Assembly: GCF_006345805.1 (NCBI RefSeq)
Contig: NC_042999.1
Coordinates: forward strand, 18,910,001-18,974,000
Length of the DNA: 64,000 nucleotides
Reading direction: 5' to 3'
From: Octopus sinensis
Taxonomy: Eukaryota
Position 1 is the first letter of the stretch, and the number at the start of each line of letters is the position of its first letter. The position numbers and the translations under genes were made by a program. A model generated the notes under the pieces. It ran no database searches, had not been told where the DNA came from, and saw nothing but the letters and a program-made list of their open reading frames with translations. Positions 1 through 13,110 of this stretch are shown piece after piece.

Positions 1-431
1 TGCATTTATAAAAGTATTGAAGGATTTCTTTCTAATGAAAGCAATTTAAGAAGCCATTCCAAAACAATGTTCGAACTTTGATACTGATCATTTCAAATGT
101 TGAAGGAAATAAAGAAGAATGTTTCGTTTTCGAATATGTACTAAGTGACAAATATTGGATCCCCGTAATCTTCATCGTCTGTATAGTAGGCTCTTTATTA
201 ATTATAATAAAAATCGCCACGTATACAGGCGGTTTCTAATTCATACATAACTCCAGAATGCACAAGATATTCCGACACTACACCATCCTCTCCTGATTAG
301 AATAATAAAAATATCTTTCACATCGTTCGTAAGAGAAACGGAGAAAGCAACGACTTTGACTGTCGTGTGGAAGATGTTAATGAAGAATATAATTACTACA
401 GCGGTGGTAGTGATCAATGACAAGTATTAAT

Positions 432-832
432 AGTGGATGTGTGGTAAGTAGCTTGCTTAGCAGCCACATGGTTCCTGGTTCAGTCCCACTGCGTGGCACC
501 TTGGGCAAGTGCCTTCTACTATAGCCCCGGCCGACTAAAGCCTTGTGAGTGGATATGGTAGACGGAAACTGAAAGAAACCCGTCGTATATATAAGTAAAT
601 GTATATATACGAGTATGTGTGCATGTGTGTTTCTGTGTTTGTCCTCCCAACATCGTTTGAAAATCGATGCTGATGTTTTTACGTACCCGTAACGTAGCGC
701 TACGGCAAAAGAGTCCGATAGAATAAGTACTAGGCTTCCAAAGAATAAGTCCTGGGTTCGATTTGCTCGACTAAAGGCGGTGCTCCAGCATGGCCGCAGT
801 CAAATAATTGAAACAAGTAAAAGAGTAAAGAG
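432..832 (+). mobile_element. SINE family A (tRNA-derived head, internal microsatellite; probably octopus OK-type)
   Basis: Head AGTGGATGTGTGGTAAGTAGC...GGTTCAGTCCCACTGCGTGGCACC with A/B-box-like motifs, body and 3' tail GAAACAAGTAAAAGAGTA shared with many copies in the window. The name OK is from recall and is unverified. Confidence 0.85.
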
Positions 833-1542
833 CAGTTTTAAAGTAGTTAAGCTGGACGCTATGTAAATTTTAACTTACACATATAGTAGATATCGCCGCT
901 GATATTTCTCCTATCCTATTATGATATTCATCTGTTGGTGTAGGTATATGAAAGCAAACTTCAGGTATAAAAGAACAGCCAAATTATACTATTCCCAAAG
1001 ACTCCACTAGCTACCGGTGACAAGCTATTATAGTGGTCAAAACCTTTCCAAATAAATGCATTAATAACTAGATTACATTATAAAATGTGGTCTGAGATGC
1101 ATTATTTGAAAGTAAGATTTTAGCATTCGTCGTTTTATAGAATGGTACAATAGATTCAGCTTTAGGTCATCGTTGACATTTGGCTAAAGAGGTCAGCGAT
1201 AAGCATATTTTTCTTAGCCACTTACTGATTCATTCATTACTGTCTCTACGAAATCCTCTAGTGTTGCTTTCCGCGACCTTGTTCTTGAAAATGTACTGTA
1301 ATGAAATTCAACAGCAAGTCATCTCTGAAATTTGTTGTAGAAGTTTCATTGTATCTTAGAAATTCCAAAGTTTGAAACTTTATCTAAAGGAAAATATTGA
1401 TTTTGAGGATTAAATCTAGAAGCTAGTCTTGTTTGATAGTATTTACTTATAGGTATTTTATTTGTGTGTAAATAATTAATCAAAAGATTACCATCCATTA
1501 TAATTTTGTCTTATTTTCAGACAATATAGACAGGATAAATAT

Positions 1543-1926
1543 TGGTTTCAAAAACTTCAAGTTTGGGGGAGGGAATAATTTAATTACATTGACCTTAGTG
1601 TTCAGCTAGTACTTATTTAATCGACCCCACAAAGAATGAACGTTTACCTCGGCAGAATTTGAACTGAGAGCGTGCCGGCAGACGAGATACATATTTCTTT
1701 ACTACCCACAAGGGGCTAAACACAGAGAGGACAAACAAGGACAGACAAACGGATTAAGTCGATTATATCGACCCCAGTGCGTAACTGGTATTTTATTTAA
1801 TCGACCCGGAAAGGATGAAAGTCAAAGTCGACCTCGGCGGAATTTGAACTCAGAACGTAACGACAGACGAAATACCGCTAAGCATTTTACCTGCCATGCT
1901 AACGCTGCTACCAGCTTGCTGCCTTA
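1543..1926 (-). mobile_element. SINE family B, dimeric (head + two bodies)
   Basis: Reverse complement of the family B head/body (CTGAGTTCAAATTCCGCCGAGGTCGACTTTG...TCATCCTTTC..GGTCGA) followed by a second, degraded body. Confidence 0.8.
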
Positions 1927-2450
1927 AAAAGGGATAAATATTAACATTGTTTGTTGCTCTTCTCTCTTAAATGGTAGAGTGTAACTTTTGAGCAATGTAT
2001 CTGATTTGAGTAAATACGTGGAGGCTCTGTGCGGCCCTAAATCGATTGTGTCACGGTTGATTTAGAAAATATTGCTTCTTTAAAAATAAAACTATAATTT
2101 GAATATGTACATTGCTCTCATGGACGTTAAATTAAAGTAGAACATCGCTGTCTCCTAGCATCCGCATTAAAGGTATTGAATAGTTTGATGAAAAAATTAT
2201 ATTTCTATAAGTGAAGATTTCTTTCTTTTCATAAATTTTCAATGAGAATCTTATAGGAAAGAAACTGCTCTTACATTTTTAATAAACAAAAATATGAAAC
2301 ATCGTTTGTGTAGTAAAGTAAAATTTTAACATTGCTTATGCCTGATAATACTGATCAAAATTAAACGTAAGCGGAAGACACTCGCTCACATTTACATAAC
2401 CAAAATATATGACTTATGGCATCTTTCATTAGCTAATATAAAGAAAATAT

Positions 2451-3021
2451 AAGGTGGTGAGCTGGCAAAAACGTCAGCACGCCGGGCGAAGTGCTTAGTA
2501 GTATTTCGTCTGTCTACGCGTTCTGAGTTCAAATTCTGCCGAGGCCGACTTTGACTGTCATCCTTTCGGGGTCGATCAAATAAGTACCAGTTACGTACTG
2601 GTGTCGATGTAATCGACTTAATCCGTTTGTCTCTCCTTGTTTATCCCCTCTGTGTTTAACCCCTTGTGGGTAGTAAAGAAATAGGTATTTCGTCTGCCGC
2701 TACGTTCTGAGTTCAATTTCCGCCAAGGTCGACTTTGCCTTTCAACATTTCGGGGTCGATTAAATAAGTACCAGTTACGTACTGGTGTCGATGTAATCGA
2801 CTTAATCCGTTTGTTTCTCCTTGTTTGTCCTCTCTGTGGGTAGTAAAGAGATAGGTATTTCGTCCTTCTTTACATTCTGAGTTCAAACTCTACCGAAGTC
2901 GACTTTGTCTTTCATTCTTTCGGGGTCGATAATTTAAGTACCAGTTCCCTACTGGTGTCGATCTAATCGACTGGCCCCCCAATTCCCAAAAGCTTTGGGC
3001 TTTGTGCCTAGAGTAGAAAAG
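2451..3021 (+). mobile_element. SINE family B, trimeric, with 16-bp TSD
   Basis: One head plus three tandem bodies, flanked by AATATAAAGAAAATAT at 2435-2450 and 3022-3037. The central GTCGACTTTGCCTTTCATCCTTTCGGGGTCGATAAATTAAGTACCAG resembles the Meta/MESC SINE domain (recall). Confidence 0.9.
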
Positions 3022-3164
3022 AATATAAAGAAAATATTCTCTGTGAATCTTCATTTGTGCCTACTCTGTATCCACAAGCCTGATTAACTCGAAGAATGAT
3101 TCATACTGGCCTAAAGGAACTGAGAGTTCTTAAACCATATATTCTTTTCTACTCTACGTACACG

Positions 3165-3260
3165 CCTAGGGGGAGTGGGGGCAGTCGATTAGATCGACCC
3201 CTGTGCGCAACTGATACTTATTTTATCGACCCCGAAAGGATGAAATGCCAAGTCGACCTC
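3165..3260 (-). mobile_element. SINE family B fragment
   Basis: Reverse complement of the central domain (ATCGACCCCGAAAGGATGAAA...AAGTCGACCTC). Confidence 0.7.
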
Positions 3261-3416
3261 CCATATACCATATATCAATCAGAGAAAAAAAGACATTCAT
3301 TGTGCTTTTTATATGCTGTTTTCAATAACATCGTGATGTCAGCAAAGCTAGGGACGTTGTTTTTGGTGATGGTTAGTGTCAAACGATCTTTTAATCGGTA
3401 TTTCTGCCAGATTTCA

Positions 3417-3620
3417 CCAAAGGCGGTGAGCTGGCATAAACGTTAGCATGCCGGGCGAAATTCTTAGCGGTATTTCGTCTCCCACTACGTTCTGAGTTCA
3501 AATTCCGCCGAGGTCGACTTTGCCTTTCATCCTCTCGGGGTCGATTAAATAAGTACCAGTTACACACTAGGGTCGATATGATCGACTTAATCCGTTTGTC
3601 TGGCGGGTAGTAAAGAAATA
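3417..3620 (+). mobile_element. SINE family B monomer with 20-bp TSD
   Basis: AAGGCGGTGAGCTGGC head through GTAGTAAAGAAATA; direct repeat GGTATTTCTGCCAGATTTCA at 3397-3416 and 3621-3640. Confidence 0.9.
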
Positions 3621-3643
3621 GGTATTTCTGCCAGATTTCATGC

Positions 3644-3675
<32 letters not shown>

Positions 3676-4333
3676 GTGTGTGCGCACGTAGAATATGAGA
3701 GGTTTAGTTCACTGGTGATCTAAACGAATAGGTACGCTGTGTAAGTGCTATAATTAGTCATCCATTAGATTCCAAGTTCACAGCTGATGCTGGAGCTACA
3801 GATTCGTTGTAGGCTTCCGGGTAAGCAGGTAAATATTAGAAGACAAAGGAAAGCGAACCAAGGCAGGACGATTATCTCAAGTAATTTATAATATTTAATC
3901 AGAGTAAGGTGAATTTGAAGTAATTAATTAATTGATTTATGGCTAACTTTCAATTGTTTTTGGAATATCCCAAGTGATAGCTCAGCATCACATACAAGGT
4001 GAGTAGGGATGAAAATTCTATCGAAAACTTTCATATGACTGAAAGTTCTAGACAGATCTTTGATACAAAATCGCCTTTTCTTTCATGACGGAATACCCAG
4101 TGAATGGAGATGCTAACATATCACTTGGGATATTCCAGAAAAAGCTGTAAGACCTCTATATAAATGTTCTGAAATCTTTCACAGCCACGGATTTTTATCT
4201 CATTCTGTTAAATTTTTATATGTATGTATATATATATAATTGATATAGGATAAAATTTTTTTCGGGAAAAAAATGTTATCAATGGCCAGCATATTAAAAA
4301 ATGCCTTTAAAGGTAAAATTTATATATAATTTA

Positions 4334-4547
4334 CAAGATAAGGGTAGAAGAAAAATTCTAATGCCAGATACGCCGAAACAAAAAATTTTGTCGATAACTA
4401 TTAAATTTATGCGTCCCGAAACAAACCGATAGAAATCTCTAAAATATTCGTTATTACCGTATTGGTACAATTTCGGGGTTAATTCACAAGAAATTTTCCC
4501 CTCTTCAGCGTAGCTGGCATTAGAATTTTTCTTCTGCCCTTATCTTG
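4334..4547. mobile_element. MITE (Tc1/mariner-type), ~45-bp TIRs, TA flanks
   Basis: CAAGATAAGGGTAGAAGAAAAATTCTAATGCCAGATACGCCGAA at the left end and its near-perfect reverse complement at the right end; TA at 4332-4333 and 4548-4549. Confidence 0.8.
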
Positions 4548-4587
4548 TATGTATATACATACACACAAACACACAGACACATACACA

Positions 4588-4629
<42 letters not shown>

Positions 4630-4671
4630 TATATATATATGTATATATATGAGAGACAGATTTCTTTCTAT

Positions 4672-4830
4672 TTTTTACTTCTTTCGATCATTAACTATGG
4701 CCACGCTGGGGCACAGCCTTCAAGAATTTTTAGCAGAATGAATCTACACCAGTACTTAATTTTAATGTCTGGTACTCATTCTTTCGATGTGTTTTGTCGG
4801 AACCCTAAAATATGCGTGTGTGCATGTGTG
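4672..4830 (-). mobile_element. Degraded SINE family A 3' fragment
   Basis: Diverged match to the reverse complement of the family A tail (TTTTACTT...GGCCACGCTGGGGCAC). Confidence 0.5.
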
Positions 4831-6737
4831 TGTGTGTGTGTACATTTACGTGTACGTGTTTGTCTGTGTCTGTATGTGTGTGGGCTTGTGTAGTGTGTTT
4901 GTGAATTTGTGCAGAATATGTACACAAACAATTCTACTATATTGTAAACTGCGTTTGCTAATTTGTACTTGAATTCGAAGAGTAACATTCTTCATGTACT
5001 TTACAATTTAACATCCAAGTGAATTGTATCTGGAGAAATTAAATATGAATTTCAGTGAAATATATTAATTTGAATAGATAAGGAAAATGCAATAACCTTT
5101 ACGATATAGATTTAAAATTACCTCAATGTTTCGTCATTTTAAGAAATTGTGAGAATGAAATAATAATATCAAGTTTACTTCAAGACGATGTTACGAACGC
5201 ATATACTTGAATTAATTCTTTTTATTTAGCAGCGGAAATAGCCGAGGTAAACATCTGGTATGTTACCATGGGTTACATTCCTTCCTAAATATTACTTTTA
5301 AACTACATCTATGAAAATTCAATTTCAAATTCTCCACGTAAACTAATAATTACTTAGAATTATTTTTTATGTAGTTTAGGCTTACAAATTCCATATGAAG
5401 TAATATTAAACATAGAATTAATGTACATTTGACGTCATGATGTTTTCGTATAATGTTTTCAATTTATAAAAATGTAAACAGATTTGATCTACATTTATAT
5501 ATATTTCCCTTCAATATTTTCACATTTTCATCGCATTCTTTCTTGTAAAACCTTTATTTACCTTCTAGAAAACAAATCTTACTGACAAAAACGGAGGGAT
5601 AATCTCTGTAGTTGAATATGAACACATTGGGCTCTAATTATTTTCATATATATGATGCATACGCTACGCTCTTCGTATATTCGAATATGCATAGATAAAT
5701 ACATATGTATTGTATGGGTGTGTATGAGCGTGTATACGTATGTCTGTGTGTTTATTTGTTGTTTGTTTGTGAGTGTATTCGTATGTGTGTGTGTCTGTGC
5801 GTTTGTGTGTGTACGTAAATACAGAAACAGAGAGCCAAATGGGCAGAAAGAGACTAGCCGGCTGCAGTATCAATGTATGGATATATACGCAAACATAAAC
5901 ATACACACATGCATATATTGGTACATATATACACGTATGTAAAATATCATAAGTTTTATATCATCGGCCATACGAGTCGCAAACCCAACATTGGTTGCAT
6001 CATGTATATGTTTACGGGAAAACACAATACAACATTGTAACATGTCTTCATAGTTAAACGCGCAAATAAGGAATTTAGTAATAGCAAAATAGAATATAAG
6101 AGTAACGGTAAAAGGTGCCTGATTCCGCGATATTTAGGTATATATACGGCGAATTATCTTTCGACGCATCCCTTTGATATTCCCATTTCCACTTCGCCTA
6201 TTAGCTGTATGACATGATTCCGTAAGACTTCCCTCATGATATACTGTATAACACTTGTCAGAAATTAACATTATTGATTGGATCAAAGGTTGGTATTTCT
6301 TGATACAAGGCCAATTTAACATGCTCTGCTAAGTTCCATTCAGTCTTTCAAAGGGTGTAGCTATGGTGTGTTTCTTAACAAAGCATAACTACCAAATATG
6401 CGTGCATTATTTGCATTGGAAATGGCAATCTAAGCCACGATGAATCATATTTGTAGTAGGGAAGAATGGTAATATAAAACATAAGAAATTTCACAAAATA
6501 TATAGTTTGTCACCATTCCGATTTTCAGTAACTTCTAATCGCGTTCTTCGTATTATAATTTGTAACATTTATTAATAAAATCAGTAGAATTCCACAGTGA
6601 ATGACTAAGTGATCACCTACGTTCTTTGAATTTCAGTATATTTCGTCTCAAACGTGTTACTGCTTTTTGTTTTATGTTTGTTTATGTTGTCGATGTGAGG
6701 CTCCTTCCATCCAGTTCTATAACATAAAATATTCAGC

Positions 6738-6805
6738 ATCACCACCACCACCAACATCATCATCATCATAATCCTCATCATCATCATAATCCTCATCATC
6801 ATACA
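6738..6805. repeat. (CAC)n/(CAT)n trinucleotide tract with an 18-bp internal duplication
   Basis: CACCACCACCAACATCATCATCATCATAATCCTCATCATCATCATAATCCTCATCATCAT. Confidence 0.85.
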
Positions 6806-6992
6806 CTCTAGTCCCAGAACGAATGCACAATACGATCCTTTTAATTGTCATAGTGCATATATCGCCCTTATACATTGCACCTACTACCAAATAAGCCCTA
6901 TGCATGTTCAAGCGCAACGATAGTGATGATGTATCTCGTTATTTAGAAATGTAGAAGATTGAATTGAAAGAAACAGAGAAAAGTAACACATA

Positions 6993-7157
6993 GGCGCAGG
7001 AGTGGCTGTGTGGTAAGTAGCTTGCTAACCAACCACATGGTTCCGGGTTCAGTCCCACTGCGTGACATCTTGGGCAAGTGTCTTCTACTATAGCCCCGGA
7101 CCGACCAATGCCTTGTGAGTGGATTTGGTAGACGGAAACTGAAAGAAGCCTGTCGTA

Positions 7158-7210
<53 letters not shown>

Positions 7211-7415
7211 TTGTGTGTCTGTGTTTGTCCCCCTAGCATTGCTTGACAACCGATGCTGGTGTGTTTACGTCCCCGTCAGTTAGTGGTTCGGCAAAAAGAC
7301 ATCCGATAGAATAAGTACTGGGCTTACAAAGAATAAGTCCCGGGGTCGATTTGCTCGACTAATGGCGGTGCTCCAGCATGGCCGCAGTCAAATGACTGAA
7401 ACAAGTAAAAGAGTA
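6993..7415 (+). mobile_element. SINE family A, full length
   Basis: GGCGCAGGAGTGGCTGTGTGGTAAG head, internal (TA)n(TG)n, tail AAACAAGTAAAAGAGTA. Confidence 0.92.
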
Positions 7416-8209
7416 TGCACTTTGCCTGTTCCTACTCATAATTATGTTTTCATCTAATGTTGTAATGGATGTCGATTGGACCGTATCCTTATCAAGCTGG
7501 TTATGATATATGCCAATCAATAGATAGCATTGATTCACTTACCAATATCTATTCTCTGTATATGTATAGTCTACAAGAATACCAACATTTGTTTCTGGAA
7601 ATATCCCCTTCTCTTCACCTGTGGCGAGTTATAACTTTATATTTTAAAATACGAAAGAAATGAAATACGTATTAAATTTTATCTTCAATATATCGGTCTC
7701 GATGTGATATTTATATGAAATATTCAAAATATACTTAAACCACAATCTATGAAGTTGAATGTCAACAATTTAATATACAATAATATTTTATCATAAAACA
7801 TGGGAAAAGAAAACAATACAACACATTAGAATGTAACAAGCACTTTGTAAATCAATTTTCTCAAATTATGCACTGATTTCAATGCAAAATTACCTTACAA
7901 AGAGTTACAATATTCGAAAAAACTACAGCAACATATATTATTGTATATTATCGTCATTCATTGCTTCTCATTGCTTACATTTTTTTTAAACAATAAAATA
8001 TTTAAATACGGCTTTCATTTTTGAAACTTTATAATGGCGTCGTTAATTAGCTGGTTCAACTAAGACTACTTGACACTTTTGATTCAATGCGCAGGTTAAT
8101 TGCTCAATTGTAATCGTATGATGTTTCTATGTATTGTTTTTGGTGTCATTACTGCTATTCTTAGTATTATTCTTGTCGTGAATAATGACGTTTCTTTAAT
8201 TATTAACCA

Positions 8210-8245
<36 letters not shown>

Positions 8246-8250
8246 TATCA
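8210..8250. repeat. (CAT)n microsatellite
   Basis: Direct reading. Confidence 0.95.
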
Positions 8251-10399
8251 CTGGAATATAAAATATTTTAATTATATAAGTGTTAACAACATAAATATGA
8301 TAGGGTTTAACTTTTATTACCAACGTATAAGATTGATGCTCTTCTTGTATTTCCACTAATTTTTCTAACTTACTATGAAAATAGTTCCAGCAATAACAGT
8401 GCCGTCCTTATTTGTTTAGATACGTTGTTTTTCTATCATTAATTTTTACAATTGTTGAGGACAGAAAAAAATTAAATGTAGATTTGGTTGCTATTTCTAA
8501 TTCAATAGATATACACCATCAAACATAGATTCTAAATCTTATGACTTCGGACCGCATGGATGTGAAATCAAAAAGCAGTGATCGTACACATCACAAGCAT
8601 TGCATTAAATTACCGGCAAAATGTGCTTGATAAAGTAAAATATTTTAAATTTTAAAATAAGTGTAAGAAGTTATTCCTTGGCTTGTTTTATTAATAATGT
8701 TTGTAAATAACAAAGTTATTGATAGCATCTTCCACATACTCGATACTTAAATTAGATTATCTAAAACCATATATTACATTTCTGAATGTTCAGCACACAG
8801 TGGTAGGCCTTACTAAGCACTATTTAAATCAATTGACATAGAGAATTCCATCTGAAACAGTATGCATTCTTATTTAAAGTTTCAGAATAATTGAACACGT
8901 TTGTTTTCAATTCTGAGTTCGATGGAATTTATAATGTACAGCCAAAAATATAGTGGTTTATATGTTGGTGTACAATATTGGGAATGTACTGGTGTTCGGT
9001 TGGAAAACAATTGATGTTCATTTGCAGATATTGTCATGTATGCGGTGAAATAGCGTAAGTTATTTTTGTACCTTAATAACTACCAATTTTATCATATTTA
9101 ATATGTTGCTTCTTTTTCTTAGTACTGCCATGAGCGACCTTTCTTGCCATTCACATGATTTCGATACATACCCAACCAAACCAAATCAAACCGAAAATAT
9201 CTTGAGCAAAGTCGATTTATTATTCACCAAATGTTTTGCTGGGTTTTTTTTTATGTATGAATCAAAGTTTACAGCAACGGTCTTAGTTGCTTTCGATGAG
9301 AAGTAAACTTTAACAAAAGACATGTTAAACGCATGCTGTGACTGAAAGATAATAAGTGATAAATAAATAGTATATAATACAAGAAAAATGCTATGTGTGT
9401 TGGAAGTTTGTTAAGTAGTTCTCCATCAGCGACATATTGTGCGAGCACGTATATTAACGATACTAGGAAGAAATGTAACTGTGTGCGTGCACGTATGTGT
9501 GTGTGTGTGTATGTGTGCGAATATTGACCATTCGGTAAAGGAGTACAAAATCATGTATATGTGACAATACTATTTTAAGAGCTGCTGCTATTTAGTACTT
9601 CACCATCGAATACAAAATGAGTTTTCCATCAATATTTCTCTGGGTTTTAAAGCGGTACCATAAATGGCTTCGTGATCGATTGTCAGTTATAGTTTTGTAA
9701 CGCAATAGATGAATGATAGTGCTATATCACTACTTTCCTCATTTTCTCTGTGTGTCTTCATCTATTTTATACGTGTTATAACATTCTTATATGCATTTTG
9801 TTCGCGTTTCACTCTGCCTGTATCACTCTATTTTATGTATTTGTAAGTTTGCTTCTGATCACATTATTGTATCTTTCAGAAAACACGGCATTATCATTCT
9901 CTAGTTAGTTTTGGTGTCTTCAATATTGCTTACCTGCAATTTACCAGCTCGAATTTCAGGCGAATCTCTCTAGTGAATATATATATAAACCCAGCAGTAA
10001 TGTTTCCATTCGATTATCAGCTTCAGCGAAAATTTCCAGCCATATATATGCAAAAGATGTCTGATGGTCTAGACATAGAAATTGTATTAATTTTCAGTCT
10101 GGTTTATCATTTTTACCTAAGATTCCAATGTCGTGATGAAAAGGAGAGAGAGGGCAGAATTTTTGCAGAATTTCATTCAAATGATCGTTACTTTTAGAAT
10201 TTTATTTATTTGGTCATATTTGTTAAATTTAATCTATCGTTTGTCTCTATACAATGTATTGTTTTGATAATCCGATTGGAAATCCATAGAAATTATGTAT
10301 TCTCTCTTAAAACACTACCATTTTATCAACACTACTTGATATGTTAAAGTGTTTCGGACACAAAGCCATTGTCATACCCCTCACTCTTCCTCGCAATAT

Positions 10400-10760
10400 T
10401 TATTTTCCATTTAATATTTATTTCCCAGTGAATTTATTGCAGTTAACCATCAGGTTTATGGTTCTCTAGATCTATTGTATAATTTCCTATACCTCCGGAG
10501 AATAAATGGAGTAATTTTCTCAAAGTGCTGATCAGGATCTGCTCATCATACCGTTCGCATATATGTTACCAACGATACATATCTGGCTGTTACATTTTTC
10601 GATAAGTCATCTGTAACTTTATCCCTTTCAATAACTGACCCTCGTTCATTTTTCTACATCCTTGGCCCGTACATTCTCGGCATATTCTCTCATTTTAATT
10701 TGACTGATCACTTATTACTTTGAGAATTTTCGTCGAATTGATCACCTCCGACATAAACAT
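10400..10760 (-). pseudogene. Highly decayed non-LTR retrotransposon RT remnant (tentative)
   Basis: Minus-strand translation across frameshifts gives, in the expected order, FD (AFD-like), RGSV (QGSV-like) and IYANG (YADD-like) motifs. Weak. Confidence 0.3.
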
Positions 10761-12582
10761 TACGAAGTGCAATCCTGATGTCTATTTTGTTTGCTCTGCA
10801 TTTAGTCCTAAGATGTTTTAATGAAATTGTTATTAACTTAGCCGTGAATATAGACGAATTTTTTCATTGTATTCAAATATGTAAGTGAAGCCCAGTTATT
10901 TAAGGCACTTTTCGATATTAGTCACTATTTAAAAGCCACTATGTAAAGGGCTGGAAGAATCGTTTCAACGCTGTGCCCAATGCTTAGACGCCTTTCGCTC
11001 GTCTTTACGCTCTGCCTGATATAATTGACTTGAAATTTGGGTGGATATAATCGGCTTACAAACTGCTTGCGTTGTTCCAAAATTTGAAACAAATATGGGT
11101 CAATATTTCTGTTATATTTTCATACTATTTATAAAATCCTGTTCTCACGCATGTTAATTTCGTTAATGGTTCCATTATTGAATTGCGATATGTTGTCTTT
11201 CATGTATAACGAAATATTTTACCTAAATAGGCATCTGTCTGTATATTCGCCACCTTACTTGGCATTTGGCTCTTATTTATTATCTTGTTAAATATATTAG
11301 GGAATTATCTTCCTAATATCCTCAGTGCAGTGAAGTGGAGGTCTCTCTATTTATTTGTTCTGAGTATGAATTCTCTTCTGTGCTACATGTCGTATCTCCT
11401 AAGTGCAATATTGATTTATTAGTATGTTTGTATAATCATCCTTCTCATTATGTTACTAATAATGTTTTTCTGCTTGAAATAACTGTAAGAAGTAGATGGA
11501 AATAAAGGTTATCATTTATTAATCAAGGTAACTGGCTAACACTCTACATTCTATTATATAATATGGTTTCTCGCTATTTTAAAACGTATGCATTTTGTAT
11601 AATAGTTATACCTTCATTACTATATTTATGAATATGGTAAGAATTTAAAATTAATAATTCTTTGGAATTTATCTTTTGTTAATGCTAATTTTGGAGAATA
11701 AATTGCAAAGAGAACAGGAACGATGAGAAAAGGAATTATAAAGAAAATATTTGTGGACGGATGAAGTATAACAAGATTTTATTAATCCTTTGTAATTGTG
11801 CGAAATATAAGAACTAAAGTTTCGGAAACAAAAAATAAGCCTTTAACTAAGAGAGGAATACTGATGATTGACGTAGAAAAATCATAAATATGAAGAAAGG
11901 CGATTAAAATATAAAGGAGATAGGTATGAATGAAAACAAAAGGAAATCTAAGAAACAATGAATAATATAATAGATGACAAGCAGAACCAAAAACATGAAA
12001 GGAAAGAGAAATTATATACAATTACAAATAATATATAACTTAAATTCAGAAAAAAAGTTATGAAGTGAGAGAGAAAACTAGATAAAATCACTAACAAAAA
12101 GTGTAGGACAAGTTCGAAAAAACCACGCAATGAGAAAGAGAGATAAGAAAATCAGGGAACGCTAAAAGTAATGATAAGGAGAATCAAAAACAAACAGGAA
12201 AAATATAAAGTAAATTGGAAACAACAAAAACGTGGGTGGGGAGAAGGTGATAATGGAGGAAAATCTATAAGAGCGAAGACTTTAATTATATTTGTGGAAA
12301 TATGAATTAAGAGGTTTCCTTATTTTCTTTTTATATATTATTATCGCTTTATATATATTTCATGTTCCAGAAGAAATGATAAATACATTTACCATTTTTT
12401 TTATTATGTTATCCTTTGGAGATATTAAGACTTGTAAAGAAAAAATATATTACATATACTAAAAATGAAACACCCTTATTCAAAAACAAAAAATAAAAGA
12501 AGGCGAAACGTTATCACAACTGAACAATAACGAAGAAAAAGATCGACAGCAGACCATAATATACGATATAGTATAATATAAT

Positions 12583-12596
12583 ATGATATATATATA

Positions 12597-12674
<78 letters not shown>

Positions 12675-12714
12675 TATATGTATATATATATATATATGTG
12701 TATATATATGTATG

Positions 12715-12781
<67 letters not shown>

Positions 12782-12968
12782 ATATATATATATATGTATG
12801 TATGTATATATATATGTATGTATGTATATATATATATATGTATGTATGTATATATATATGTAAGTATGTATATATATATGTAAGTATGTATATATATATG
12901 TATGTATGTATATATATATGTATGTATGTATATATATGTATGTATTATATATATATGTATGTATGTAT

Positions 12969-12999
<31 letters not shown>

Positions 13000-13035
13000 G
13001 TATATATGTATGTATGTATAATATATATGTATGTA

Positions 13036-13074
<39 letters not shown>

Positions 13075-13110
13075 ATATATATATGTATATGTGTGTATGT
13101 ATGTTTATAT
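12583..13110. repeat. Compound (TA)n/(TATG)n microsatellite
   Basis: Direct reading; source of the YI/YV-rich ORFs in the track. Confidence 0.97.

Noticed and set aside
2451-3021. Regularly spaced repeats superficially like a CRISPR array
   Set aside because: Units are ~170-bp SINE bodies without unique spacers, in a eukaryotic context.
3784-3820. AG...GTAAGC-bounded candidate exon (LMLELQIRCRLP)
   Set aside because: Weak polypyrimidine tract, no recognisable protein and no partner exons.
6993-7070. tRNA-like sequences at SINE heads
   Set aside because: They lack a complete cloverleaf and run directly into SINE bodies; not counted as tRNA genes.
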